From positions 992,001 through 1,056,000 of the forward strand of contig CM039008.1 in NCBI GenBank assembly GCA_017499595.2: a DNA stretch of 64,000 nucleotides. The letters are read 5' to 3'. Under the pieces are notes generated by a model. It was not told the DNA's origin. It did no database searches and worked only from the letters and a program-made list of their open reading frames with translations. Made by a program: the position numbers and the translations under genes. Position 1 is the stretch's first letter, and each line of letters starts with the position of its first letter. Positions 24,545-36,840 of this stretch are shown in pieces. The DNA comes from Psilocybe cubensis (Eukaryota).

Positions 24545-26260
24545 TGTCAACAGAAAAAAAAAAAGAAAAGACTATCGAGCAGGCCAGCAGGGGCATCACC
24601 AACACTACGGGGAAGATGCAAAGGTGACAAAGCGGAGACAGATGGGAGGGGGGTGCGATGAGAGACACGACAAAGGCAAGGGATGGGCAAAGGCGCTATC
24701 ATACCCTAATCCTGATTGGAGATGAGATGTTCATTTTGGATCTACACACGACGCCCTCAACCCAAGCAGTCATTCTTTCCATAAGTCATCCACACATCTT
24801 ATCTTATCAACACTTGTCACATGGGAGCCACGTTATTCCGGATCATGTCACTTTGTCGGATCATCAAGGCTATGCGACGGATCAGTCAACCATCAAACTG
24901 CACAGCTTTCTACACTGCCTTGCACAGCCGGACTGTCAACTCTATTTTTATCAATTCAATGGTCTTACTCAGCATCAGGCTGCGGATTACTCATTCCAAC
25001 TTATTTTTGGTTTGTCTTACTCATTCTTTTGTGTTTATTTATATCTTTTCTATTGTCTGTTGCGCTTTTATTGTCTTTGTCTTATCAATCTTCTATGCTT
25101 TCTGACTCATCCTTGCTTCTTTTATCTAATCTGTATTACCATTCACCTTCGTCATACACTTCTTTCTTACTCATCCTATTCATTTCTTATCTGTCGTAGT
25201 GTCGATATCGACATGTCTTATTGTTCTTGCTTATTGTTACACTTGCGTAGCCTCATTCTTGACACTTTGTACAGTATATGACTTGGTTTTCAGTAGCTCA
25301 GATTGGTATTTCGTTCACGTAGCTTTTAGTATAAAAGCTGTAGTAGAATTACATGAAATGATAGGAAAGTTACACCCAGTCCCCACTTTCTTCAAAGCAA
25401 GTCAATTTTCATCCAAGTCAAGTCAATTTCAAGTCAATCCACATCGATTCATTTCAATTCCAAGTTCAAGTTCAAGCCAAGCCCAAACCCAAGTCCAATT
25501 CAGTCATCAGTTCCACCCTCCGTTGAGACCAAGTTTACTTCCATTCATCCGAAGCCATCTTGCTTTCCATTAAGAGAGGATTTCATCCGAGACCAGTCAT
25601 CCTCCTCATCCAACGCCTCTTCTTCTTAGCGTTGAATATCCAACTTCTATCCAGACCTCCAGTACTTCCCTACTTCCTCTCCTCCATTCAATCCGTCACC
25701 GCTCCTACTCTTTCTACATCTTCCAACCATTGCCGTTAGGAGTGTATTCAAGACATCCTTTCCCTCCGTCAACTCATCTGGAGCGATTTCATTCGAGACA
25801 GACTTAGTCTTTCATCCTCGATTCAGTCAATACTCCTGCGACGTATAGCTTCATTCCAAGCTTCAGAAAGATTGTCAATTTAAAGACACTTTCACCATTC
25901 TCCAAGATTCAGCCCGTTAACGACATTCCAACTCCTAGTCATCTTCTCATCTCCCCTCGGAATGTTCCCCACTCACTTCAGACAACCCCTCTAAGATTCA
26001 CATTTATTGATTTCTCATACGCATTCTACGCATCTTCTTCACGCTTTCCATATATACCCGCCATCCAATTCCACGGTTCCATCCCATTTTCGGAAGGCTT
26101 ATTTACTATCGTACCCAGATGACCCGGTTATCCTCTTCTTACTATTTCGCTTTTGTTACCCTTCATAATCCACACCATCCTAATCTACTTAAATCCTAGG
26201 CAGCGTCCTCCCTTAAGAAACTTAGGAGAAGGTTTCGTCCTATCTAGTCTGGACCACTCT
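24545..26260 (+). mobile_element. Possible LTR-like retroelement remnant, boundaries uncertain
   Basis: G-rich tract followed by TGAGAG at 24659, TATAAAAG at ~25330, CAAGT(T)C repeats, CpG retained. No TSD or partner LTR found. Confidence 0.3.
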
Positions 26261-26349
26261 TTCCCTGGGGTTTGTGTTTGTTGGATTATATATAGTTTAT
26301 AACCAATCACAAACTTCGATCTTCAGCGCAAGAGGGTGAGGGCGAACAA

Positions 26350-27971
26350 ACCAGCAGTGCTCCATGCTGCTGGTCATTGAGGGAGGCGGGGCATGAGGCA
26401 GAGACAACATGAACCAGCAGCATGCTCCATGCTGCTGGTTGTCGATTGAGGCAGGGGTGGCAGGAACGCAGACCAGCAGTGCGCAGCTGCTGGTTGTCAA
26501 CGGTCGTCGAAGGAGACGGGGGCGGCGGGATAGACCGCTGGTCATTGAAGGAAGTGGGAGCGTTGAAGAGACAAACCAGCAATATGTGCTACTGGTTGTC
26601 AATGAAGGCAGGGATAGGGACAGAGGCAACAAGCGTGCTGCTGATTCTTGAGAACGGTGGGGGGATGGCCCCTGGCAGAATCAAGTCGATGCCGGGTATG
26701 TCATGGGAGGAAGTTGACGTGACGGAGGCGGCAGAAGTGAGAACAGAAGTCAATATGGGGCTTGTTATGGAGGGTGGTCAAAATCTTGCTCCTCTTCAGT
26801 GGTGAAGCTAGGTATAAATTGAAACTGTAAAATTTAAAACCAGAAACGCAGGAACTTACCTTTGGAGTGGTGCAGATTGCGGGGCAAGCAGCAGAAGCAT
26901 GCTGCTTGTCATCTGGGTGGGTGTCAATATATCGGAGGCGGTGGAGGGCGGAGGTGGACAGTGGATAACAGAGTAGACAGCAAACGGCAGGGCCGACAGT
27001 GGATGTGAGTGAGACGAGCAGCCCTATTGCTGCTCATTGTTGGTTTGAGAATGGAGCTGATGAGGAAGAGAAAAGACAAACAACATGCTGTTGTTCATCT
27101 TTGAGTAGAGATTGCTGTTTGACAAGTTGAAGTCAGAGGTGGCGGCAGCAACAACACAGACCAGTAGAATGGACCTGCTGGTCGTTGATGGAGCAAAGGG
27201 CAAGGCGGAGATGACACAAACCAGCAGCGCCAACTGCTGGTTTCATTGATGGGTGCAGGAATGGTGCCAGGTGCAACGCAGACTAGCAGCATCATGCTGC
27301 TGGTCGTCAAGGAAGGCAGGGGCAGCAGAAACACAGACCAGCAGTACCATGCTACTGGTCATTGATGAAGGCCAGGGCGGAGGTGAGAAGAAACAAACCA
27401 GCAGTTTTGTGCTGCTGGTTTTGTCAAGGGAGACAGATACAGAGATAGAGATGACACGAACCAGCAGCTTTGAGCTGCTGGTTGTTAAGGGAAGGACGGC
27501 GGCAGACAAAGAACCAACAGCTCCTCCATAGTTGTTGGCTTGTCAAAGTAGGAGGGGACAATGACGCAGACCAGCAGCGCACAGCTGCTGGTTGTCGATG
27601 GTGGCAGGGATGAGGGTGTAGATGACACAAACCAGCAACTTCGTATTGCTAGATTTGTTGAGGAGATAGGTGCACAAAGAACGGGGGCAAGGCGACGGGG
27701 ACAATACAGACTAGTAGCGCAAGGCTACTGGTCGTCGATGGAGGGAAAAGGTGGAGGCGAAGGCGGAGATGTGTCAATGGAGGAAGGGTGTGGCTATCAA
27801 GGGAGGCTGCGGTAGGGTTATTAAAGGATGTGGGTGCGATGGCGACACTGACCAAGCTACTAGTCGTCAAAAATAAACCAGGACAAACTGCAGTGCTGGT
27901 TCTGTTTGTCGTGCTGTAGGTAAGGCGTTGGGAGGCGGAGACGAGCAGCAAACTTAAAGTTACTGCTCGTT
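26350..27971. repeat. Array of ~20 palindromic units (ACCAGCAG-N~7-CTGCTGGT(T/C)GTC) with variable purine-rich spacers
   Basis: Clear units start at 26350, 26413, 26472, 26575, 27160, 27220, 27282, 27337, 27397, 27460, 27513, 27570, 27631 and 27710, plus degenerate ones. The period is mostly 53-63 nt. Confidence 0.9.
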
Positions 27972-30044
27972 ATCGCATGTGTACGAAATGGGGGATAGGC
28001 CGGGATGTCAAGTTGAATGGCATGACATGAGGGATACCGTAAAAAGTGGGTAGTGATGTCAAGGGTCTACTGCAGTTGTGAACAGTATGCGGCCAAAAAA
28101 ACATGACATAACAAGCAGCTACAGCAGCGCTGCACTGCTCATCAAATCGAGGGGATTACTTTGGCGGAGATGGCAAGACCGTCGGTAGTAGCAACAACGA
28201 CTTGTTGCGCATTGTAATGGGTTGTCGACACACTGCTCATCAACGGTATACTGTTATGGGTTGCTGTATGGATTGAGCTGAGTATGCAAAACATAAAACT
28301 ATGAAATGTACTAGTTGGGCCTCCCCTACATGGATTCCCCCTTGCACTATCCGACATCCCTTGCCTTCTTGTCCATTGTTCAGGTTTGCAGGTTGTCGTC
28401 ACTGTTATGCTGTGAAGAGGTTGAGATGAAAAGATGAGATAGAAAGACAGGACGCATCAGCAAAATCACGGGAAGAGTCACGTAAGCACTGAGTACCGTC
28501 CTAGTACTGGTTGCACATGCCGGTATACCCGCGCGGCAGAACCCGTGCTACCTTCTATATTGGGAATGCCATTTGCAAATTTTTGTTCTGGTATCAAAAT
28601 GGTGTACATTTTGATTGCAGGACTTGCGGTATATAGTAGACGAGGCCCTTTTTACAAAGGCCTTGTAATCTATAAACAGACATGTTGTATCGCTCTTACA
28701 TCTTCAACTTTTACCTCAATTACTCAAGCATAATCCACATTTTTATTTAATGGCACGTCCAAAAGTGAAATCCTATCAATATTTAGAACCTTCAAGGAAC
28801 AGTGGGCAGAAACACATCTAAAAAAACAAAAAATACTGGCAGACAAGCAGTATAATGGGCAACAAAAAAGTACCAGGGCCATAGATTACTACCAAGCAGC
28901 ATTATTAAAGGGCTTGAAAGATGTAGTGTTGTCTAGTAGTCAATATGAGAGTCAAATAAGAGTACAAAAGACAGTTTAACATGAGCTCTCCAACATTATT
29001 GGTAGACCCATGGTATTGACATTTAAATAATGTTACAGTAGAATCTTTTTTGAAAATAACTCTTTTAGTTCCCCTCCAATTAGGATAAAAATTTCAGATC
29101 TAATTGTTACATATAAACAAAACAGATTGTCAAAGCATTTTCTCTTTTTTCTTACTCAATACTCTATAATGTTGCATTTACTTTGGTTTTTAGGGCACTT
29201 TCCATATTGGGACCAGAAAATATCACTATTCTATCACTTCACTTGACATTATTCCATTATGGATGATATCTACCTTATCAATCAGGAAGAGACATAGAAT
29301 AAGCTGTATAGTCATGTTTGGCAAAAGGTAGAAAAGCAAGCAAATAAGTTATTCAATAATACTTGCTTACTATATATAGGCATTTTTGACCAAGGGGAAC
29401 TTTACCTATAGCAAGGCCATAACAAGGTAGATTTCTTTTGCAGTTCTTATTGGCTGCTCTGGAAATGTTAGATGTTGTAAAGCAATTGGCTTCAGGACAC
29501 TCCAGAGCAACCCTAGAATCAGCTGCAGATTGGTGGGTAGCATGATTCAGTTTCAAGTTGTTAGGTATATTGTCTTCCAAAGTGGGTAGATTAAACTAGT
29601 AAAAATGCTGGTACATCAACTAAACATATAGAAAATTACAATGTATCACAAACCAATACAAGGATTTTTTAGCATTACAAATCCAAATAATCTTTGGGGG
29701 CCGGTTTACAATATCAAGAAATAATCTTCTTAGGTTTACAAAATAGTCACAATTATTTAAATTTTTTTATTCATTTGAGTATAGTCTTGCACCTCCGCCT
29801 GCACTTTCCGTCTCATCTTATTGTCTGCCTCCATCTATCGGATCATATCAATTTCACCCTACATGGCGATTCCATCATCATTGTTATTGTTGTTGTGGAC
29901 GGGTTGTTGTCATTATTGTCATGGGCTGGTTGTTGTTAATGACAACAACAATATTAATTTAAAAAAAAAGATTGTGGAAAATTTGCATGTACCATAATCA
30001 ACTAAATTTTTTGGTTAAGCATTGTCTTTTTTTTACTGAAGTCT

Positions 30045-30240
30045 ATGGTTTAAACCTCAACCAGGCCATTTATTTGGTGCGTGGACTACAAAAACTACAG
30101 GCCTATGGTAAATACTGTATTATGTTGCCTTGGCCTTAATTAATTATACTATCTCTGTAGAATACCATATGTTATGAATGAAATGTATTAAACATATGTA
30201 GCCAAAACATATCATGTAATCTAATTATGTAAGGCTACTA
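30045..30240. repeat. Inverted copy of ~6010-6205, including the 3' half of the tRNA-like sequence
   Basis: CCTCAACCAGGCCATTTATTTGGTGC is the near reverse complement of GCACGAAATAAATGGCCTGGTTGAGG, and similarity continues for ~190 bp. Confidence 0.7.
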
Positions 30241-33105
30241 AATATTACAAAGGCTACTGGAAAGTTTGATTACTACGGTGTACAAAGCACGAGAAGTATG
30301 TGGATGAAATTCAAACAACTGATCACAAACTTGGGCATCTGGCCACTTGAATACCTGGTTTATATAAATAAATGGTAAATAGATGGAAATTTGAATATAC
30401 TTTTGTCCTCATTTCACATCTCAATAAGGCATATTCAAGAATAAAAATAATTTCTACTATAACATGAATCTATATAGAGCATATTCCTATGAAATTTGTA
30501 ATAAAAGGTGTAGCCAGGCAGCTTGTGCGCCAACTTGCACACCCAGGCTACCTAAAAAACAAATGTAAATAGACAGAAAATCAAATATTTTTATTAGCAA
30601 AATTATGATGCAACACCATAGATTTGCAGTACAATTTTTGGTGGGAAATATACTAATATAGAGTGCACCTGTACAGGTTTTGGGACAAAATATGCAGCCG
30701 GGCAGTTTGTGTACCAACTTGTACTGAGTGCCTACTTGGATACAAGTGTTACTCCATGTGATTCTATTATACGCAAGATGCAATTGACTGCTTGAAGTCG
30801 TTTTCTATCTACAATCTAATGCTTTATTGAATGCAAGCCTCAGTTTGATTTTTGAGCATAACACTCATTGTTTTTGGCTATAGTAAAGTGCTACTTATGC
30901 TATTCAAGAGCAGCAATTCAGGCTAATACATAAGTAAGGTAAGCAAAATCAATGAATATTTCAGGCTTTCATATCAATCTTTGAAATTGCTCTAGATAAA
31001 TAGTAATATATGGTATACATCAATAATCTGGAATTCTACTCCTATCCACTTGCCATTTGTCAAGAAAATAATTTTACAAATGCCAGCAGCATGAGCAAAA
31101 TTAAATAAATGGAATTTATATTTGCCATGCATAGCAATGGCCCACACAAGACAAGTAAATAACAATATTTGATGATGCAAGCACAAGCACAGACTCACAC
31201 AGTAATCCAGCAATACTATTACACTTGACCACATTCGACAGTGCATTGGCTCCTCCGCCTACCCATTCTTGAAATAGTGTGCCTTCTCTTGCATCACCCA
31301 CTGTACTATTACCTATGGCTAGTGCTACTGCTGTGCTGCTTGGAAAGAAGTGGCAGGGTGTAAACAATAAGCATATAGAAAATTATTGGCTGAATACCAT
31401 ACTATATTGCTAAAACATTCATAGGCATTTTTTAAAAGTTATTGAAGAATGAGCTAAAATTTCTTTGAGTCTTTGATGCTTAAAGCTCCTTATTGATACC
31501 AAATAGAATACTAGAGAATTTTTAAGCACAAAACTTGATTGTAAAAATAAAACTTACATGGTTCCACCAAATAGAGTATTCTGAACAATTCTACGCTTTA
31601 ACATGAAAGCCCTGTAGTTTTTCATTACTATATCTCTCCATTTTTTTAAATTCTTGTTTACCAGTTCCCGTTCTAGAATCTAGTCTGGTCTACCATAGAA
31701 TGCACCAAACAATAAATGCCATGACTGATAATAGATGTTGAATACTCATAATAATCAAAATCATAAAATATAAAATACCTCAGTGCTAGATTGGATATCA
31801 TTAGATGTCCAAGGCCCATCTCTACAGAATAGCTTCATTTGGAGAATGGTTGAAAAGTTATTGATGACCCAAGTTTAGTGCTCTGATACAAATGCAGCCT
31901 CTATATTAATATATCTTGGTTGACTATAGTTAGATGAGTAAAGATTAATCAGCTTTTTAGGAATCATAAAATGTTAAAGTTCAGCTGCCTTTAAAGAATC
32001 TTTGTTGGGGCCATTATAAGAAATTTCAGTTATAAATCTATACAGACCAGTAGGAATTCTAACTATAGTAGCTTCCAGGGCAAAAAAGATAACTAATGTA
32101 TAGCAGCCTGTAGCCATATAGATAAGTTTCTCTCTAGAATAACAAACCAAAGTAGCATATGGTTTCTTCATTATTATACTTTTTAGACCAAGTTTTTTAG
32201 TACAGGCAATAGTAGATGGTGATGCATATGTCCAGTCTGGTGTGTCAATAAGTGGAAAAGTCCTTGTATCCTAAGCTATAACTAAAATATGTTGGATAGG
32301 TGAATGTGTCTCTGGTGTGATTTCCAGGTGATCTGTCCTATGATTAGCTCAAAAGTTAAATGATAACATAAGAAAGTACATATGCATTTGTCACCTAGGT
32401 GATTTTTTCTATCCTCTACTGTCTTTCTTTCATTGATTATGCACTTAACAGTTTTTGATTACTAGTATTCTGGCATTGAAGAAGTAGATAGTTAATTGCA
32501 AAAAGCAAATTCTGGTTTACAACTGAACATGCCTAAATTTGGACAGTGGATTATATAATATGGATGCTTTACAAATATATATAACTTTTAAAACTACTAT
32601 ATTGTATAAAAGAATGAATTTTAAAGTAAGCATATGTTAAAGATGTGTATAAAATACTACAAGTAACATACAAAATATTACTATATGGAATAAAACAAGC
32701 ACAAAGGCAGTTGGTATAAATCAACCCAGTTGGTATAAATCAACCTAGATAATATAAATAGCCACAGATTGGCAAAATCTTCCTAAACAAACAAAGGTGA
32801 TTGTGTATAGCCTTGACAATAGACAGTCAGTACCTTTACAATATACTCTTTCTATCATCTATTATCAAGCTTTTTTTGTATTAATAGGAGGTTGTAGATG
32901 GTTTAAGTTGTGGGGTATTCAGGGGAATATGGGGTATTTAAGGGAATATAGGATATTAATTGCAAATTAGTAAATATGACTTCATTCTTTGCCAGTCTTG
33001 ACTAGTGCTGCTACATCCAACAATATCCAACAAGATGTGACTATGGATTATTGAGCAAACATTACAGAATTAGCATGAGCTGCAGACTTACAGGCAGAGT
33101 GCACA

Positions 33106-34096
33106 CACCAGATGCACAGTTAAATAATCCATGACAGAATATGTAATTTTTACTTAAAATATGTCAACATTTTATTGTATAATCAGCAGCTGATTACACA
33201 AGAATTATATTGTTAGAGATTGAAAAAAATAACACTCATTTATCCATAGATTATGTAGACATTATATATCTATAAAAGGATTATATATCCTTTAAACATT
33301 ATTTGTATTCACTAATATAACAATTATGCAAGAGCTATACAAATATAAAATGTAACAAAGCATGGCATACCTTTGTTGTGGTATTTTTGATGTTTGTTAT
33401 TGGAGTTCTAAATTGAAATTCCCAAATTGGCATATAAAGATGTTAACCAAGCTTGGCAGAAAATAGTCTGCCTACAAAATTGATATCACAAAAATTTTTG
33501 CAAGAAGACATTATTTTCCGGCCTTGGCACATTTATATTCTGCTATAGAAAATCTTTGTCTTCTTGTGGAATTGATGGCAAAATTGAGGAATTGATAGCA
33601 AAATTGATGGCTTGTCTTTGTGTCATTAATTCCACAAGAGAACAAAGGTTTTCCATAGCAGAACATAAATATGCCAAGGCCAGAAAATAATGTTCTCTTG
33701 CAGAAATTTTTGTGACATCAATTTTGCAGGCGGAAAATAGTCTGCCAAGCTTGGCCAACATCTTTACACGCTAATTTGGGAATTTTAATTTAGAACTCCA
33801 ATGACAAATATCAAAAATGCCACAACAAAGGTATACCATGCTTTGTTACATTTTATATTTGTATAGCTCTTGCATAATTGTTATATTAGTGAATACAAAT
33901 AATGTTTAAAGGATATGTAATCCTTTTATAGATATATAATGTTTACATAATCTATGGATAAATGAGTGTTATTTTTTTCAATCTCCAACAATATAATTCT
34001 TGTGTAATCAGCTGTTGATTATGCAATAAAATGTCAACATATTTTTAAGTAAAAATTACATATTCTATTACAGATTATCTAACCGTGCATCTGGTG
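33106..34096. mobile_element. Non-autonomous foldback DNA transposon (CACTA/CMC-like) with ~475-bp TIRs and 3-bp TSD ACA
   Basis: ACA|CACCAGATGCAC...GTGCATCTGGTG|ACA. Arms are ~33106-33580 and ~33620-34096, with no coding capacity. Confidence 0.85.
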
Positions 34097-35659
34097 ACAG
34101 TGCTAGGCTAAGATCAAGTGGCTGTGTGATGGGAATGTCAGACAATGCAGAAGCCTTGCATCTCAGTATTGTTGTCAATCAAGGAGCTCAATGATGAGTG
34201 TGTTTAATCATTATAACATCACTGCACAGTCCAAATTAGCTACAATTTAGAAAAAAAATGTGTCAAAAACTCACCACAGCCAATCAATACTCAGCAGCTC
34301 AGCAGAACAATGTGTTCAACAGCAGCTTTGACTCCAATTAGTTACCATAGTCATTGGGTTATGGTGTTTTCAGTGCATGGCAACATTCTGTTGATCAAGA
34401 ATGTACCATAGTGCAAGTCAATATTCAATGGGAGGAGACGAGGAGACATCAGACACATTCAACAGTGGTGCAGGCCAGCAAGCATAACTATCTCTTTGCC
34501 ATCAATTTTATATTTTCTTTGATGTTATCTAGACCTCTTTACCATCTTCTTTTGTGTTGTCGCTATACTAAAGTATTGTCTTTTTGTATTGGATTCTGCT
34601 CTTGCTATGGCCATATGAGACATATCAGTAGCAGTATCAAGATATATAATCCTGCTACTTACTTGACTGTATCTTATTGTGCTTTATCAGACTACATGAC
34701 TATATTTCTTGACAATGACAATACTGACACTGCAGCAAAGTTGTGGTCTTTTCTCATCCTGCCCACCATTACCAGCCTCTTTACAATAAACAGCAAATTA
34801 CCTTTTTTTGCTACTCCTGGCTGTTGTCTTGCTGCCTCCAACACATCTACAACACAAGAAGCACTGCTTATTTGTTTGCTTGTTTGCCTTCTCTCATTGC
34901 CTTTCCTATTTATTGTTTGTATTATTTCAAATTTTTTGAAGTAGCAGCAGCAGGTGGAAATGTTTTCTGTCTCTAACAAAGTACTAGTAATAAATGAATC
35001 TATTTGCTTTAACTATTGAAAAAAAGTGGGAAAAATAGCTTTAAGAGGCACATTCCAGAGATAATGTTTTTTATGCCTAAGCTTCTATATTATATATCTG
35101 TTACAGTGTTTAATCATAATGTCTAAATAGTAGTTGTATCTAGTTCCCTCTATATCACGTAGAATAGCCTGATAGCCTCTTAACCAGACATTGTTTTGCA
35201 TATTGATAGTTCATTTTCCATTCTTGATAAGTTTGGGAAATGCAGCAGAGTTGTAGTGGGTCTGGCAATAAATGTCGGTTTCCTTGTACTTTGCTTTAAA
35301 ATAAAAAACATTGACTAAAAAAGCAGTATTTTTGAAATAATGGTTATTAATGGATTGTATGTGAGCATAAAGGTGACAATTATTGTCAAAAAGAAAATTT
35401 TCTGGAGTAAATTCAGATTTTGGAAAAGTTGCTTTTGCAAAGTCCTAGAAATAAATTAGACTTTAAAAACATGGTAAAATAATAAAAACAATGACTTATT
35501 CAGTGGATGGCTGGAACTGGCTCAATTCAGTATTTGGCTGGCTTAATAAGCGCACATGACCAGGTACGGAAATTTTAGCCAATGCTGGCGCGTTAAACAG
35601 GACAAAAGCTGGCAGAAAGTTGAGTATAGAAAGACTCATTCCTCCCTTTGGTCGGGCCT

Positions 35660-36600
35660 TATAATATGCCTTGATTCTTTGATTCCCTGTTTTTAGCTTT
35701 ATTAGACAGCCTTTAACATTGTTAGAAGACTTTGTATCATGCTCTGGCTTTCCATCAAGCTGAAGCTCAGGCTTATCTGCCACAATAAATGCTTCAAAGT
35801 GATTGATTAAGTAAGTCAGAGCATGATTTTTTTAATAATATTGATCTTCAAGTATGTGATGTTCAGAATCTTTGCAAGTTCTAAAGCCAGGTTTGTGTTT
35901 TGATAGATAGCTAGTTTCTACACATAATTCATTCATATAAGCATGACTTTAGCAGAAATAATTATTATTATTATTGTATAGAGAGGTTCATGACAATCAT
36001 GAACAGCACAGCATAGATGGCCTATAGTAATACCATCATAGATGGCTAGTTATATTTTAACTAAAAAAAAGAGTTAAAAGATATATAACAACATATATAC
36101 AATTATGACATATACTTTTCTCCATATTTATTCTCTGTAACTATAAAGCATATGTTCCAAGTATGTGTATACTTCACCTGGCCTATTTCCTGCCTCTTGA
36201 CATTTCTAGCATGGAGAACAGATTTTAGGCAAAAGGGCATTATAGATAAAAAATCTATTCAAGACATGAACATTGTAAAGCTCCAATGAGATATGACATT
36301 TTTCAGGAGTAGAGAATACAACATAGAAAAATGGTGGATACAATTTGGGATTGTTCTTTGCCGATGTGCAAAAAGAATCTGAATATTTGTTGGAAGCTAT
36401 ATTGGAGGACATGTTAAATTGATAATAATAATTTGGATTGTGGGCAGAAAAACTAAAGTAAACTTCAAGAACCTCAAAATGATATTTAGACTGATAGAGC
36501 CAAGCTCTGGTATGGTAGCTAGGGCATGAAAAAGCATGGAGGCATTCATAGTTTTTTATGAGATCTACATGAAAAAAAAAGCTATATCTAGCAGACGTCA
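35660..36600 (-). pseudogene. Kyakuja-type (KDZ) transposase fragment with CxC5/CxC6 cysteine clusters
   Basis: HNPNYY, SAKNNPKLY, HVLNRFFIYNALL, then DGITIGHLCCAVHDCHEPL..FC.SH..CVE..GFRTCKDSEH (CxC6 pattern) and GNQRIKAYY. The catalytic core is missing. Confidence 0.75.
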
Positions 36601-36731
36601 TAACTAAAATTGAACACCCAACATTATGCTAGCAGTGCTGGTGATTTTTTAGTATCAATTTTTTTATCAATTCTTTTGTGAAATTCTCTCCTAGTGGATT
36701 ACATGCCCTTGTAATAATAGTAATATGATGG

Positions 36732-36840
36732 ACTTTTAACTGTCATATTGGCCCAGGCCCAGAAATTATTCAGTCATAGAACTAACAATATTACTGTTAG
36801 GTAATCTGTCATTTCAGGAACTGGTGTCACATGTTACAGA
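36732..36840. repeat. Direct repeat of ~37709-37812
   Basis: CAATATTACT.TTAGGTAATCTGTCATTTCAGGA is shared. Confidence 0.8.

Noticed and set aside
24658-25281. 207-aa hydrophobic ORF (also 34354..34944) as a membrane protein
   Set aside because: Low-complexity T-rich sequence gives the F/L/C/Y bias. There is no recognisable domain or exon structure.
26297-27951. ORFs with repeated TSSxxLLVV motifs on both strands
   Set aside because: They are by-products of the palindromic unit. Unit lengths break frame and the motif jumps between frames.
26350-27971. CRISPR array
   Set aside because: The context is eukaryotic with no cas-like ORF. Repeats are degenerate with variable loops, and spacers share a purine-rich bias rather than looking like foreign DNA.
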